42,051 nucleotides of DNA, from contig JAADIV010000132.1 in NCBI GenBank assembly GCA_013151175.1, positions 1 through 42,051 on the forward strand. Reading direction: 5' to 3'. Position 1 is the stretch's first letter, and every line of letters begins with the position of its first letter. This DNA is from Deltaproteobacteria bacterium (GTDB lineage: Bacteria; Desulfobacterota; Desulfobulbia; Desulfobulbales; VMSU01). Below, in pieces: positions 19,654-28,857 of this stretch. Under the pieces are notes generated by a model. It did no database searches. It had not been told where the DNA came from and was given only the letters and a program-made list of their open reading frames with translations. The position numbers and the translations under genes are program-made.

Positions 19654-20617
19654 TGTTTCTGCCTGCCAATTGTTCGGTATTATTCAAAAAATCATCTACC
19701 ATAGTAAAAATTTCATCTTGTTTATCGGGGGGCAGCCAAATTATCTCCTTATCGGCTTTAAACCAGGTAAGCTGCCTTTTAGCGTAACGCCGAGTATCCC
19801 GGGCCAATAATTCCAGGGCCTCCTGCCATGACCAGGTATGATTTATAAAATTTACCATATGCCGATACCCCAGAGACTGCATCGATTTTAGAGCCGCAGT
19901 AAATCCCATGGCAAGGAGCCCTTCCACTTCGGCTAGCAATCCCTGCTCAATCATTATCCCTACCCGCTGATTGATCCGTTGGTAGAGTTCATCACGCGCC
20001 CTGGTCAGAGCAATCTTCAAAATTCTTTTCCGGGGCGCGGCGGCCTGCCGGTTCCTGTGCGCGGCAATAAAACTTGCCCAGGTTTTGCCCGTAGTCCGGT
20101 ATATCTCCAAGGCCCTGGTTATACGGTAAGTATCATTGGCATGAATTCGGGCGGCGCTTTCCGGATCGCTTTGTTTTAGCTCTTCATAGAGCTGCCGGCA
20201 ACCGCCGTCCGCCGCGAGCCGGGACTGAATATCGGCCCGCACGCTTTGCTCGATTTCCGGCATGGAGAATATACCATCCTGTAACGCCGTAAAATATAGC
20301 CCGGTGCCGCCCGTGAGAAGAGGCACCCTGCCCCGCCCCCTGATTTCGCTGATGGCTCGCCGACAATCACGGACAAAACGAGCCGCATTGTATTGGCCGT
20401 CCGGTTTTATATAGTCAATGAGATGATGGCGCACCCTGGCCCGTTCAGCCCGGCCCGGTTTGGCGGTGCCGATATCCATATATTGGTAAATCTGCATAGA
20501 GTCAACGCCAATGATTTCACAATTAAAGCGCTCAGCAATATGCAGGGCAATTTCTGTTTTGCCTATGGCGGTTGGTCCGGCTAAAAAAATAAGCGGTTCT
20601 GCGAAGATATCATTCAT
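19643..20617 (-). CDS. miaA: tRNA dimethylallyltransferase
   Basis: GPTAIGKT, DSMQIY..MDIGTAKP, GGTGLY, TRRYAKRQLTWF. Confidence 0.96.
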   Translation of the reverse strand: MNDIFAEPLIFLAGPTAIGKTEIALHIAERFNCEIIGVDSMQIYQYMDIGTAKPGRAERARVRHHLIDYIKPDGQYNAARFVRDCRRAISEIRGRGRVPLLTGGTGLYFTALQDGIFSMPEIEQSVRADIQSRLAADGGCRQLYEELKQSDPESAARIHANDTYRITRALEIYRTTGKTWASFIAAHRNRQAAAPRKRILKIALTRARDELYQRINQRVGIMIEQGLLAEVEGLLAMGFTAALKSMQSLGYRHMVNFINHTWSWQEALELLARDTRRYAKRQLTWFKADKEIIWLPPDKQDEIFTMVDDFLNNTEQLAGRNIEV

Positions 20618-20761
20618 GGTGTTACTCTTACCTTAACTTTCCGGGTTGGTAAACGATCCGGGGACTGAGCCGGGAGGGAAAATTCAATCCGTCTCCCGGT
20701 CTGCTATAACAAATTTATACCTGTTCGGCTACCAGAACCGCAGGCAAGTGGCGGTCTCGGC

Positions 20762-21590
20762 AGGGGTCCGGCAGGGGTCCTCATCTTGACCTTTATTATT
20801 TCTTGTATTAATGTCAGCAGTCATGTTCATGGCTTTGACGGCCAGCTCTTTCGCGGCAGATTCAAATCCATACTCGTTGAGGAAGACGATTATCTTCTCG
20901 AGCTGGTTCGTTATATCCATCGGAACCCGCTAAGGGCCGGCATGGTTGATAATTTGGCTGACTATGCCTGGAGCAGTTACCGCGGTTATCTGTCAAGGGC
21001 AAAGGCCTGGGACTGGCTTCATAAAGATTTCATCCTTGGCATGCTGGCAACTGACAAAAGAAAATGGCGCCAGGCATATCTTCGATTTATGGGCCAGGAT
21101 GATACAGATGAGTTTCTTGGCATTTTTGAACGAAAAAAATTGCCCGCCATGTTGGGCAGTGAAACCTTTATCTCCTGGGCCAAAGAAGCTTTTTTTACAG
21201 GGGAAAAAGATCGGCAGATTCCAGAATCTATACAACTCGCCCCTGACATGGAGAAAATAAAAAGAGAGGTCTGCCAGGCTTATGGAGTAGAAGAGAAAGA
21301 TATATTAACAGCTCAACGCGGCAGAATAAATGAACCAAGAAATGTTGCAATCTATCTCTGCCGGACGCTGCGCCATGATACCCTTATGGAACTTGGCAGG
21401 GAATTTGGGATGACCGGATACAGCCCGGCCGGCAGCGCAGTTGAACGAGTAAAGAAGAGACTGGTCAAGAACAAAAAGCTCCAAAAGAAGATCGAGATAA
21501 TCAAAAAGTCATTGCTGAGTTTAACGGCCACTCGTACTCTCAGGAAAACAAGCAATGCAAGAGAGCGGGCGAATTAGCTTCCGGACCCCT
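20762..21590 (+). mobile_element. decayed RAYT-type (IS200-like Y1 HUH) element bounded by AGGGGTCCGG / CCGGACCCCT inverted 10-mers
   Basis: Perfect 10-bp inverted pair at 20762-20771 and 21581-21590; tandem AGGGGTCC at the left end; internal transposase remnant. Confidence 0.7.
20823..21577 (+). pseudogene. REP-associated tyrosine transposase with a C-terminal DnaA-domain-IV-like HTH; N-terminal HUH half deleted
   Basis: GQLFRGRFKS, LELVRYIHRNP (catalytic Tyr), YAWSSY, C-terminal EVCQAYGV..PRNVAIYLCR..LGREFG. No HUH motif. Native ATG 20823 is out of frame with the remnant. Confidence 0.82.
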
Positions 21591-21633
21591 CTAAAGTATA
21601 AATAACACTAAAGGCGCCACGGATTCAAGTTAG

Positions 21634-21861
<228 letters not shown>

Positions 21862-21964
21862 GCTTGGTGGTTTAGTAACTATTCCAATCTTCCGCATCAC
21901 AGTGCGTTCTCGAAAGCCACGAAAGCCACGCCGGGCGGCGGGTGATTTTTTACTGGGTCATCAA

Positions 21965-22077
21965 AGGGGTCAAAAGGGGTCAGGGGTCCATCTTGACCTT
22001 TATTGCTTTTTATATTACTGCTAGCAATTATGAGCAAACCATTACGAATAGAATATCCTGGCATCTGGTATAAATGA
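21965..22077 (+). mobile_element. second RAYT remnant: left end plus the first 15 codons (MSKPLRIEYPGIWYK-stop, 22030-22077)
   Basis: Three AGGGGTC copies; 21989-22032 aligns without gaps to 20782-20825 (35/44 identical); peptide matches the M(S/A)RPLRIEYPGAWYH RAYT N-terminus. Confidence 0.8.
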
Positions 22078-22218
22078 ATTCGGCCACCTCATCATAACAA
22101 TACCGGGAACAAAAAGTTGTATCCCCCGCCACCGTCTATAATTTTTTGGTACATTTTTCCATGGTAAAGGAGTATAGAAAGCAGCCACACAAATTTAAAA
22201 TAAAACCAGGAGAAGAAA

Positions 22219-23301
22219 ATGCCGGCAAGAATTTATAATTTTAGTCCTGGGCCAGCCACCCTGCCCCAGGAAGTATTGGCTCAGGCCGCCAGAGATATTG
22301 TCAATTTTCAGGATAAAGGTATTGGTCTCATCGAGTTAAGCCATCGCAGCAAGGAGTTTATGGCCGTTGCCCAGGAAACTGAAGATTTGCTGCGTGAGTT
22401 AATGAATATTCCCGATAACTATAAGGTACTGTTTCTGCAGGGCGGCGCCTCCAGTCAATTTGCCATGATTCCGATGAATCTTTTGCGGCAGGGACGGACG
22501 GCCACATATCTAAACACCGGCACCTGGTCAAAAAAGGCCGTCAAGGAGGCAAAATTATTTGGCGATGTGGATCTGGCCTTTGACAGTTCTAGCACCACCT
22601 TTGACTGTGTACCACAGGATAATAATTTTCATAGCGCTGACGGCTCAGAGTATCTCTATTTTGTCTCTAATAATACCATTTACGGCACCCAGTTCAGAAA
22701 TTTTCCAGAAACCGGAACGAACTTAATCTGCGATATGTCATCGGATATTTTAAGCCGTGAATTGGATGTCTCCCAATTTGCCCTGATCTTCGCCGGTGCT
22801 CAAAAGAATATGGGACCTGCCGGTTGCGCCGTGGTAATTATCAGGGATGATCTCTTGGCCGGATGCCCGGACTCCGTGCCAACGATGTTCCGTTATCAGA
22901 CCCACGCCGATAAAGGCTCGATGTTCAATACCCCGCCATGCTTCGCCATCTATGCCATTGGCCTAGTTCTAAAATGGCTGCGCGACCAGGGTGGTGTTGC
23001 CGCGATAGCGGAGCTAAACTGCAAAAAGGCCGCTCTGATTTATGACATGATTGATTCAACGGAATTTTACCGTGGTCATGCCCAGGTTTCATCGCGCTCC
23101 ACCATGAATATCACCTTCAACCTGCCCTCTCCAGAATTAGAAGCCAAATTCACTGGTGAAGCCACAGAGCAGGGCCTGGACGGACTGAAAGGCCATCGCT
23201 CCATTGGCGGAATAAGGGCATCAATTTATAACGCCTTCCCCTATGAGGGAGTAGAAAAACTGGTTAATTTCATGAAGGACTTTGAGAAACAAAACAGCTG
23301 A
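22219..23301 (+). CDS. serC: phosphoserine aminotransferase
   Basis: YNFSPGPA, ELSHRS, LQGGA, DMSS, GAQKNMGPAG, FNTPP, GHRSIGGIRASIYNA. Confidence 0.96.
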   Translation: MPARIYNFSPGPATLPQEVLAQAARDIVNFQDKGIGLIELSHRSKEFMAVAQETEDLLRELMNIPDNYKVLFLQGGASSQFAMIPMNLLRQGRTATYLNTGTWSKKAVKEAKLFGDVDLAFDSSSTTFDCVPQDNNFHSADGSEYLYFVSNNTIYGTQFRNFPETGTNLICDMSSDILSRELDVSQFALIFAGAQKNMGPAGCAVVIIRDDLLAGCPDSVPTMFRYQTHADKGSMFNTPPCFAIYAIGLVLKWLRDQGGVAAIAELNCKKAALIYDMIDSTEFYRGHAQVSSRSTMNITFNLPSPELEAKFTGEATEQGLDGLKGHRSIGGIRASIYNAFPYEGVEKLVNFMKDFEKQNS

Positions 23302-23328
23302 TCTATCTGCTCTGATTTAGGCCTCAAC

Positions 23329-23361
23329 TGGTCATTCCCGTGTGTTTTGCGGGAATGACCA
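23329..23361. repeat. palindrome TGGTCATTCCCG-N9-CGGGAATGACCA (GTCATTCCCG / dRS3-like repeat class); may act as the serC terminator
   Basis: 12-bp perfect stem 28 nt after the serC stop. Confidence 0.6.
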
Positions 23362-23671
23362 TAGCTCTCATTGCCCCATTCACTTCATTCCGCCTCTCAA
23401 CGAAAATTTCCGATTTTTCACGGAAACCATTAAAGTGTTTTCGCCCACAGCCTGTCTCGGCATTGCTTTCTTCGATTTGGTTAAATACTTTTTACCTATA
23501 ATCCGGACTGCCTGTGGCCTTATAGCCGCAATTTTATTGTGTTTTTTTTACCACACTAGCTGAGCAGCCGAAGACCGGCCGGCCCAAGAGCCGCGTTTGC
23601 TATTAGTTAACTTATTGATAATACGCAGCTAACCAACATGTTGGCGCCGACAATTTAGTCTTAGCTATTTG

Positions 23672-23688
23672 TTGGCCCAATATTTGCT
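23672..23688 (+). promoter_or_regulatory. sigma54 (-24/-12) promoter of lpxC
   Basis: TTGGCCCAATATTTGCT has GG-N10-GC and matches TGGCAC-N5-TTGCW; 100 nt upstream of the ATG. Confidence 0.7.
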
Positions 23689-23787
23689 TAACTTCTAGAA
23701 GCAATACCATTGGTTACAAGTAACTTTTGGATTTAACGGGTTTGATATTAATTCCGGCATATGCCGGCTCTGGAGTAAAATAATAAT

Positions 23788-24765
23788 ATGGAAGCTTTGC
23801 AACATACACTAAAAAAATCGGTAAGTTTCAAGGGGATCGGCCTGCATTCCGGCTACCCGGTGAATTTAACGGTAAGACCGGCCGAGGCCAATCACGGTAT
23901 CCGTTTCAAAATATCCGGCAGCGATCATTCCATGCCGGCATTTTTCGACCGTATAGTTGATACGAGCTTAGCCACCACCATTGCCGAAAAGGACATGATC
24001 TTTTCGACCACCGAACATCTCCTGGGGGCATTAACCGGCCTGGGTATTGACAACGCCCTAGTGGAGCTGAATGCCCCTGAACTGCCCATTATGGACGGCA
24101 GCGCCGAGTCATTCGTCAACGATTTACAAAAAGTCCGCCGGAAGGCACAAAACTCAAAACGCCAGTTTATTAAGATCACCGAAGAGATCCAATATACTGA
24201 TGGTGACAAGTTGGTCAGAGTACTGCCCCATGACGGCCTGCGGCTTACCTGCAAAATTGATTTTAAGCATAGCCTGATTCAAAACCAGAGTTACAGTATT
24301 GAGGTATCGCCGGAGACTTTCAGTAAAGAGATTGCTTCGGCCAGAACATTCGGTTTTCTGGATCAGGTTGAGAAATTACAGCAAAGCGGCTACGCCTTGG
24401 GCGGTTCTCTGGATAATGCCGTGGTCGTAGATAGAAACGGGGTGATGAATGAAGGCGGCCTGCGCTTTGAAGATGAATTCGCCCGGCATAAGATCCTTGA
24501 TCTTTTGGGAGATATTACCCTCCTCGGCTGCCCGGTTCTGGGACATATTATCGCCAGTAAATCCGGCCACGGTCAGCATTTTGGCCTGATGCGGGAGATT
24601 TTATCGCATCCTGATTGCTGGCAGCTTGTTGAATTACAGGAAACAGCAGAAAGCGGCATCATGGAAAAATTGGTAAACACCACCAGATACGCCGGCAACA
24701 AATTAAAACCGTTCCTGACACCGCAGGCTGGTTTTGCCGATGCGGCCTGTACTGCTGCCGCCTGA
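23788..24765 (+). CDS. lpxC: UDP-3-O-acyl-N-acetylglucosamine deacetylase
   Basis: QHTL, GIGLHSG, TTEHLL, ELPIMDGSA, ARTFGF, GGSLDNA, RHKILDLLGD, SGH; about 45-aa C-terminal tail. Confidence 0.96.
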   Translation: MEALQHTLKKSVSFKGIGLHSGYPVNLTVRPAEANHGIRFKISGSDHSMPAFFDRIVDTSLATTIAEKDMIFSTTEHLLGALTGLGIDNALVELNAPELPIMDGSAESFVNDLQKVRRKAQNSKRQFIKITEEIQYTDGDKLVRVLPHDGLRLTCKIDFKHSLIQNQSYSIEVSPETFSKEIASARTFGFLDQVEKLQQSGYALGGSLDNAVVVDRNGVMNEGGLRFEDEFARHKILDLLGDITLLGCPVLGHIIASKSGHGQHFGLMREILSHPDCWQLVELQETAESGIMEKLVNTTRYAGNKLKPFLTPQAGFADAACTAAA

Positions 24766-24789
24766 CTTTCACACTTTAGGTTAATTACC

Positions 24790-24829
24790 AAGGCCCGCAA
24801 GAAGATTATTCTTGCGGGCCTTTTTTTTT
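24790..24829 (+). terminator. intrinsic terminator of lpxC
   Basis: AAGGCCCGCAAGAA-gatta-TTCTTGCGGGCCTT stem followed by a T-run. Confidence 0.9.
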
Positions 24830-24922
24830 GTCAGCAGAAATTATGACGTGTATTGTCACTGACAAAATGATATACAGCAACAGGGAACAATAGAGAAAAA
24901 TTACCAGTTTCAGGAGAATAAA

Positions 24923-25732
24923 ATGAGCAAGATAGGATTTGTCGGTGGCGGCCGAATGGGTGAGGCCCTGATTAAGGGAATCAGCAGGGCCGACCTATAC
25001 AGCGCAGAGCAGATAATGGCGGCAGATCCCGCTGAAGCACAGCGGCAGACACTGCACAAGCAATATGGTATTGCCACCTTTGCTGAAGCCCGCGATATGG
25101 TAGGGGAATGCGATATTATTATTTTGGCAGTCAAACCCCAAATTATGGGACTGGTTCTGGACAGCCTGCGGGATGTTGTTGCCGACAAACATCTGGTTAT
25201 TTCTATTGCCGCCGGCATCACCTTAAATTTTTTGGAGTCAAAACTTGCCGACAATGGCTGCCGTTTTATCCGGGTTATGCCCAATACCCCCGCTTTAATT
25301 CAGGAAGGTGCAACAGCCATAAGCCCCGGCCTTCGGGCTGATGATGACGATATGGCGAAGGCCCTGGCTATCTTTGAAGCAGTGGGGCAAGCGGTCATTC
25401 TCCCAGAGATTTACCTGGACGCGGTAACCGGTCTCAGCGGTTCTGGACCGGCCTATGTCTTCAGCTTTATCGAGGGTTTGATTGATGCCGGGGTAAAAGT
25501 GGGACTGGCCAGAGATGCCGCCCAGACCCTGGTTTTACAAACCGTTCTGGGGTCAGTAAAACTGGCTATGGCAAGTAATGAGCATCCCGCTAAGCTCAGG
25601 GCCATGGTCACTTCACCTGGCGGCACCACCATTGCCGGTCTCCACGAGATGGAAAGAGCCGGTTTTCAGGGCATAATTATGGATGCTGTTGAAGCCGCCA
25701 CCAATCGTTCCAAAGAATTGGGTAAGGGCTGA
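24923..25732 (+). CDS. proC: pyrroline-5-carboxylate reductase
   Basis: GFVGGGRMG, LAVKPQ, SIAAG, RVMPNTP, SGSGPAY, VTSPGGTT; AGGAG RBS. Confidence 0.96.
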   Translation: MSKIGFVGGGRMGEALIKGISRADLYSAEQIMAADPAEAQRQTLHKQYGIATFAEARDMVGECDIIILAVKPQIMGLVLDSLRDVVADKHLVISIAAGITLNFLESKLADNGCRFIRVMPNTPALIQEGATAISPGLRADDDDMAKALAIFEAVGQAVILPEIYLDAVTGLSGSGPAYVFSFIEGLIDAGVKVGLARDAAQTLVLQTVLGSVKLAMASNEHPAKLRAMVTSPGGTTIAGLHEMERAGFQGIIMDAVEAATNRSKELGKG

Positions 25733-25739
25733 GACCCTA

Positions 25740-26603
25740 GTGAAAACGACAAGTAACAGGCAAAGCAGCCGCAAATTACAACTTAAAAAAACCGGCATTA
25801 TTCTGCGCCAGGGTTCAGAGGAACCGGGAGAAATTGCCACAGAACTACGAGACTGGTTTGCCCAAAAAGCCATTAAGGTCGTGATTGATGAGGTTCAGCC
25901 TGGGCTTGATCTGCTCATCATCCTTGGCGGTGACGGCACCCTCCTGCATGTGGCTGAGCAGGCCAGTTATTATGATATTCCGGTACTGGGTATTAATCTT
26001 GGCGACCTGGGTTTTTTAACCGAGGTGGGCAGGGAAGACAGATATGAGGCGCTCAACGCCATCTTGAACGGCGAATTCACCATTGAAAAGCGCATGCTCT
26101 TAAAGGCGCGCCTCTTATCCGGCAGCCATAAGTCCGCTTGGCGTTACGCCTTAAATGATGTGGTAATCAGCAAGGGTAATATTGACCGGCTCATCCAATT
26201 AAAGGCATGGGCCGATGACGATTATATAACCACCTACAGAGCTGATGGTTTAATCTTTGCCACCCCAACCGGCACCACGGCCTATAATTTATCAGCCGGC
26301 GGGCCAATCGTCCATCCCTCTCTTGACTCTATTCTAGTAACCCCCATTTGCCCGTTTATGCTGGACAGCCGCCCGGTGCTGTTGTCACCCAAAACCCGCT
26401 TAATTACCCGCCTGATTGCCGGCCAGGGCCGTGACATCAAGGTTATGGTTGACGGCCAGTTGGCCTGGGATATCCAGGGGAATGACACCTTAGAGATTCG
26501 CGCCTCAGATAATCACTTAAAGCTCATTGGTTCCCCGAAAAAAGGGTATTTCGATATACTACGCAATAAACTGAATTGGGGAAGCTCGACTCCCGGCAAA
26601 TAA
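25740..26603 (+). CDS. nadK: NAD kinase (GTG start re-called at 25740)
   Basis: GGDGT, GINLGDLGFL, ALND, DGLIFATPTGTTAYNLSAGGP, VDG, LRNKLNWG. Confidence 0.93.
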   Translation: MKTTSNRQSSRKLQLKKTGIILRQGSEEPGEIATELRDWFAQKAIKVVIDEVQPGLDLLIILGGDGTLLHVAEQASYYDIPVLGINLGDLGFLTEVGREDRYEALNAILNGEFTIEKRMLLKARLLSGSHKSAWRYALNDVVISKGNIDRLIQLKAWADDDYITTYRADGLIFATPTGTTAYNLSAGGPIVHPSLDSILVTPICPFMLDSRPVLLSPKTRLITRLIAGQGRDIKVMVDGQLAWDIQGNDTLEIRASDNHLKLIGSPKKGYFDILRNKLNWGSSTPGK

Positions 26604-26802
26604 TAACTGGCCGCGCACCAGGCTTTCTCGAAACATATGCAGCAGGGCCGGCATGGCATATTAGGTTGACAAGCAAAACTCATTATATTAGCCATAGAGT
26701 TCAGGTAGAGTTTATTCTACGGTCTTCGAGACTGTTCCGCATTCGCATACGATCGTTGTCGTACCGCTGCGTCACTATTATTTTATGATGAGGGGGACTT
26801 TC

Positions 26803-28857
26803 ATGAAAGAAGTGAAATTAGTCAGGAATATAGGTTTATTTGGTCACAGTAAATGTGGCAAAACCACTCTGGCCGAGGCTATGTTGTTTACCGCCGGGAA
26901 AATATCCAGGTTGGGCCAGGTTGATAATGGCACCTCCAATATGGATTTTGAGGCGGAGGAAATTTCTCATAAAATGAGTATCAATACGGCATTTCATCAT
27001 CTGCCCTGGAATAAGCATGAAGTGTATCTCAGCGATACCCCCGGTGACGAAAATTTTTTAAATGATGCCATGTTTACCGCGCAGGTTGTCGATGGCGCAA
27101 TTTTTACCATTGGCGCGGTGTTGGGCATCAAAACTCAAACTGAAAAGATTGCCGGTTTTGTTTTAACCAACCATATTCCCACCCTTATCTTCATTAATAA
27201 AATGAACCGGGAACGCGCCGATTTTGCCAAAACGGTTGCGGATATTACGGCCAATCTGGCCTTTAAACCCGTTGTTATTCAACTGCCCATCGGCGCGGAG
27301 GATAAATTTAGAGGCGTTATTGATCTCATCAGGCAGCAGGCCTATATCTTTGATGACAAAGGGCAAATGAGCGAAGCTGAGATCCCTCACGATATGGCAG
27401 AGGAGGCAGCGGCATATCGTGAGACGCTGATGGAGGCGGTGGCCGAAACAGATGATAATTTAATCGAGACCTTTCTTGAGGAAGGGGAATTAAGTAAAAC
27501 CGAGCTGCAACAAGGGCTTATCAAGGCGGTGAGATCAGCAAAACTCCAACCCATAATGACAGGTGCCGCAAATATTATGTCCGCCGAGCTGTTCCTGAAT
27601 GCCATAACTGATTTACTTCCATCCCCGGCAGACAGAGAACCACGCGCCGGGATCAATCCCAAAAATGACGAGATCGTTGAATTTCCAGCCAGTATCGAGG
27701 CCCCATTCTCCGCCCTGGTATTTAAAACCATGGCCGATCCCTATGCCGGACGGCTTAGTATATTCAGGGTAATATCCGGTACCCTTGCTGGAGATTCATT
27801 CCATAACGCCGGCAAGGATAAAAACGAAAAATTTAGCCAGCTTCTGGTGCCGGAGGGTAAGAACAATAAACCCGTAGATGAGGTTGGTCCCGGCATGATA
27901 GCGGCGGTGGCGAAGCTGAAATATACCACCACCGGCGACACCATCTGCGAGCCGGGAAACCCGGTCATCTTTGAGCTGCCCAAGGCTATCAGGCCGTCCC
28001 TTTCCTACGCCGTAACCGCCGGCAAAAAAGATGATGAGGATAAGCTCTTTTCGTCAATCAGCAAGATGTTGGAGGAAGATCCAACCCTGCGCATGACCAG
28101 AGACGCGGAGACCAATGAAACAATTATTTCCGGTACGGGTAAAAATCATCTGCAAATAACCTGCGAGAAGATAAAACGTAAATTCGGGGTTGAAATGAAC
28201 CTGGAATTACCCAAAATCCCGTATAAGGAGACCATCAGCGGTAAAACGAAGGTGCAGTACAAACATAAAAAGCAGTCAGGCGGCCGGGGGCAATATGCCG
28301 ATTGTTGGCTAGAGATTGAACCCCAGTCCAGAGGAAAAGGTTACGAGTTTAAAGATTGTATTGTTGGCGGGGTTATTCCGAAACAGTATATCCCTGCCGT
28401 TGACAAAGGGATTCAGGAGGCCATGGCCAAGGGTGTCCTCGCTAGTTACCCAATGGTGGACATCAGTATACGCCTCGTTGACGGCTCGTTTCATAATGTT
28501 GATTCATCGGAGATGGCCTTTAAAATTGCCGGTTCCATGGCTCTTAAAAAGGGAACTATGGAGGCCGGACCACTGCTGCTAGAACCTATAATGCGGATCA
28601 ATATAACAATTCCAGAAGATAAGGTCGGTGATATAATCGGCGACCTTAACAGCCGGCGGGGCAAAGTTATGGGAATGGCATCAGATACAATGGGCGAGGT
28701 AATAAACGCCGAGGTGCCAATGGCGGAAATTCTGGAGTATGGCCCGGAGCTAGCGGCACTTACCAGAGGGTTAGGATTTTTTGCCAGCGAATTTTCGCAT
28801 TACAAGAAGGTTCCTGCCCAGATCAGCGAAAAGATAATCTCCAAGGTTGGGGAATGA
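26803..28857 (+). CDS. fusA: elongation factor G paralog (EF-G2 type)
   Basis: EF-G domain layout: GKTTLAEA, DTPG, EEDPTL, HKKQSGGRGQY, DGSFH.VDSSEMAF, LLEPIM, GDLNSRRG. G1, G3 and G4 are divergent and the gene lies outside the str operon. ATG 26803 follows GAGGGGG. Confidence 0.9.
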   Translation: MKEVKLVRNIGLFGHSKCGKTTLAEAMLFTAGKISRLGQVDNGTSNMDFEAEEISHKMSINTAFHHLPWNKHEVYLSDTPGDENFLNDAMFTAQVVDGAIFTIGAVLGIKTQTEKIAGFVLTNHIPTLIFINKMNRERADFAKTVADITANLAFKPVVIQLPIGAEDKFRGVIDLIRQQAYIFDDKGQMSEAEIPHDMAEEAAAYRETLMEAVAETDDNLIETFLEEGELSKTELQQGLIKAVRSAKLQPIMTGAANIMSAELFLNAITDLLPSPADREPRAGINPKNDEIVEFPASIEAPFSALVFKTMADPYAGRLSIFRVISGTLAGDSFHNAGKDKNEKFSQLLVPEGKNNKPVDEVGPGMIAAVAKLKYTTTGDTICEPGNPVIFELPKAIRPSLSYAVTAGKKDDEDKLFSSISKMLEEDPTLRMTRDAETNETIISGTGKNHLQITCEKIKRKFGVEMNLELPKIPYKETISGKTKVQYKHKKQSGGRGQYADCWLEIEPQSRGKGYEFKDCIVGGVIPKQYIPAVDKGIQEAMAKGVLASYPMVDISIRLVDGSFHNVDSSEMAFKIAGSMALKKGTMEAGPLLLEPIMRINITIPEDKVGDIIGDLNSRRGKVMGMASDTMGEVINAEVPMAEILEYGPELAALTRGLGFFASEFSHYKKVPAQISEKIISKVGE

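Noticed and set aside
20786-21577. ORF-track 263-aa intact transposase starting at TTG
   Set aside because: The TTG lies inside the TTGACC promoter-like module. Alignment with copy 2 puts the real ATG at 20823, out of frame, and the HUH motif is missing.
21954-21989. CRISPR array
   Set aside because: Repeats are 7 bp with 0-4 nt spacers, and there are no cas genes in the window.
23342-23563. 73-aa ORF between serC and lpxC
   Set aside because: Starts inside a palindrome, has no RBS, and overlaps the lpxC regulatory region.
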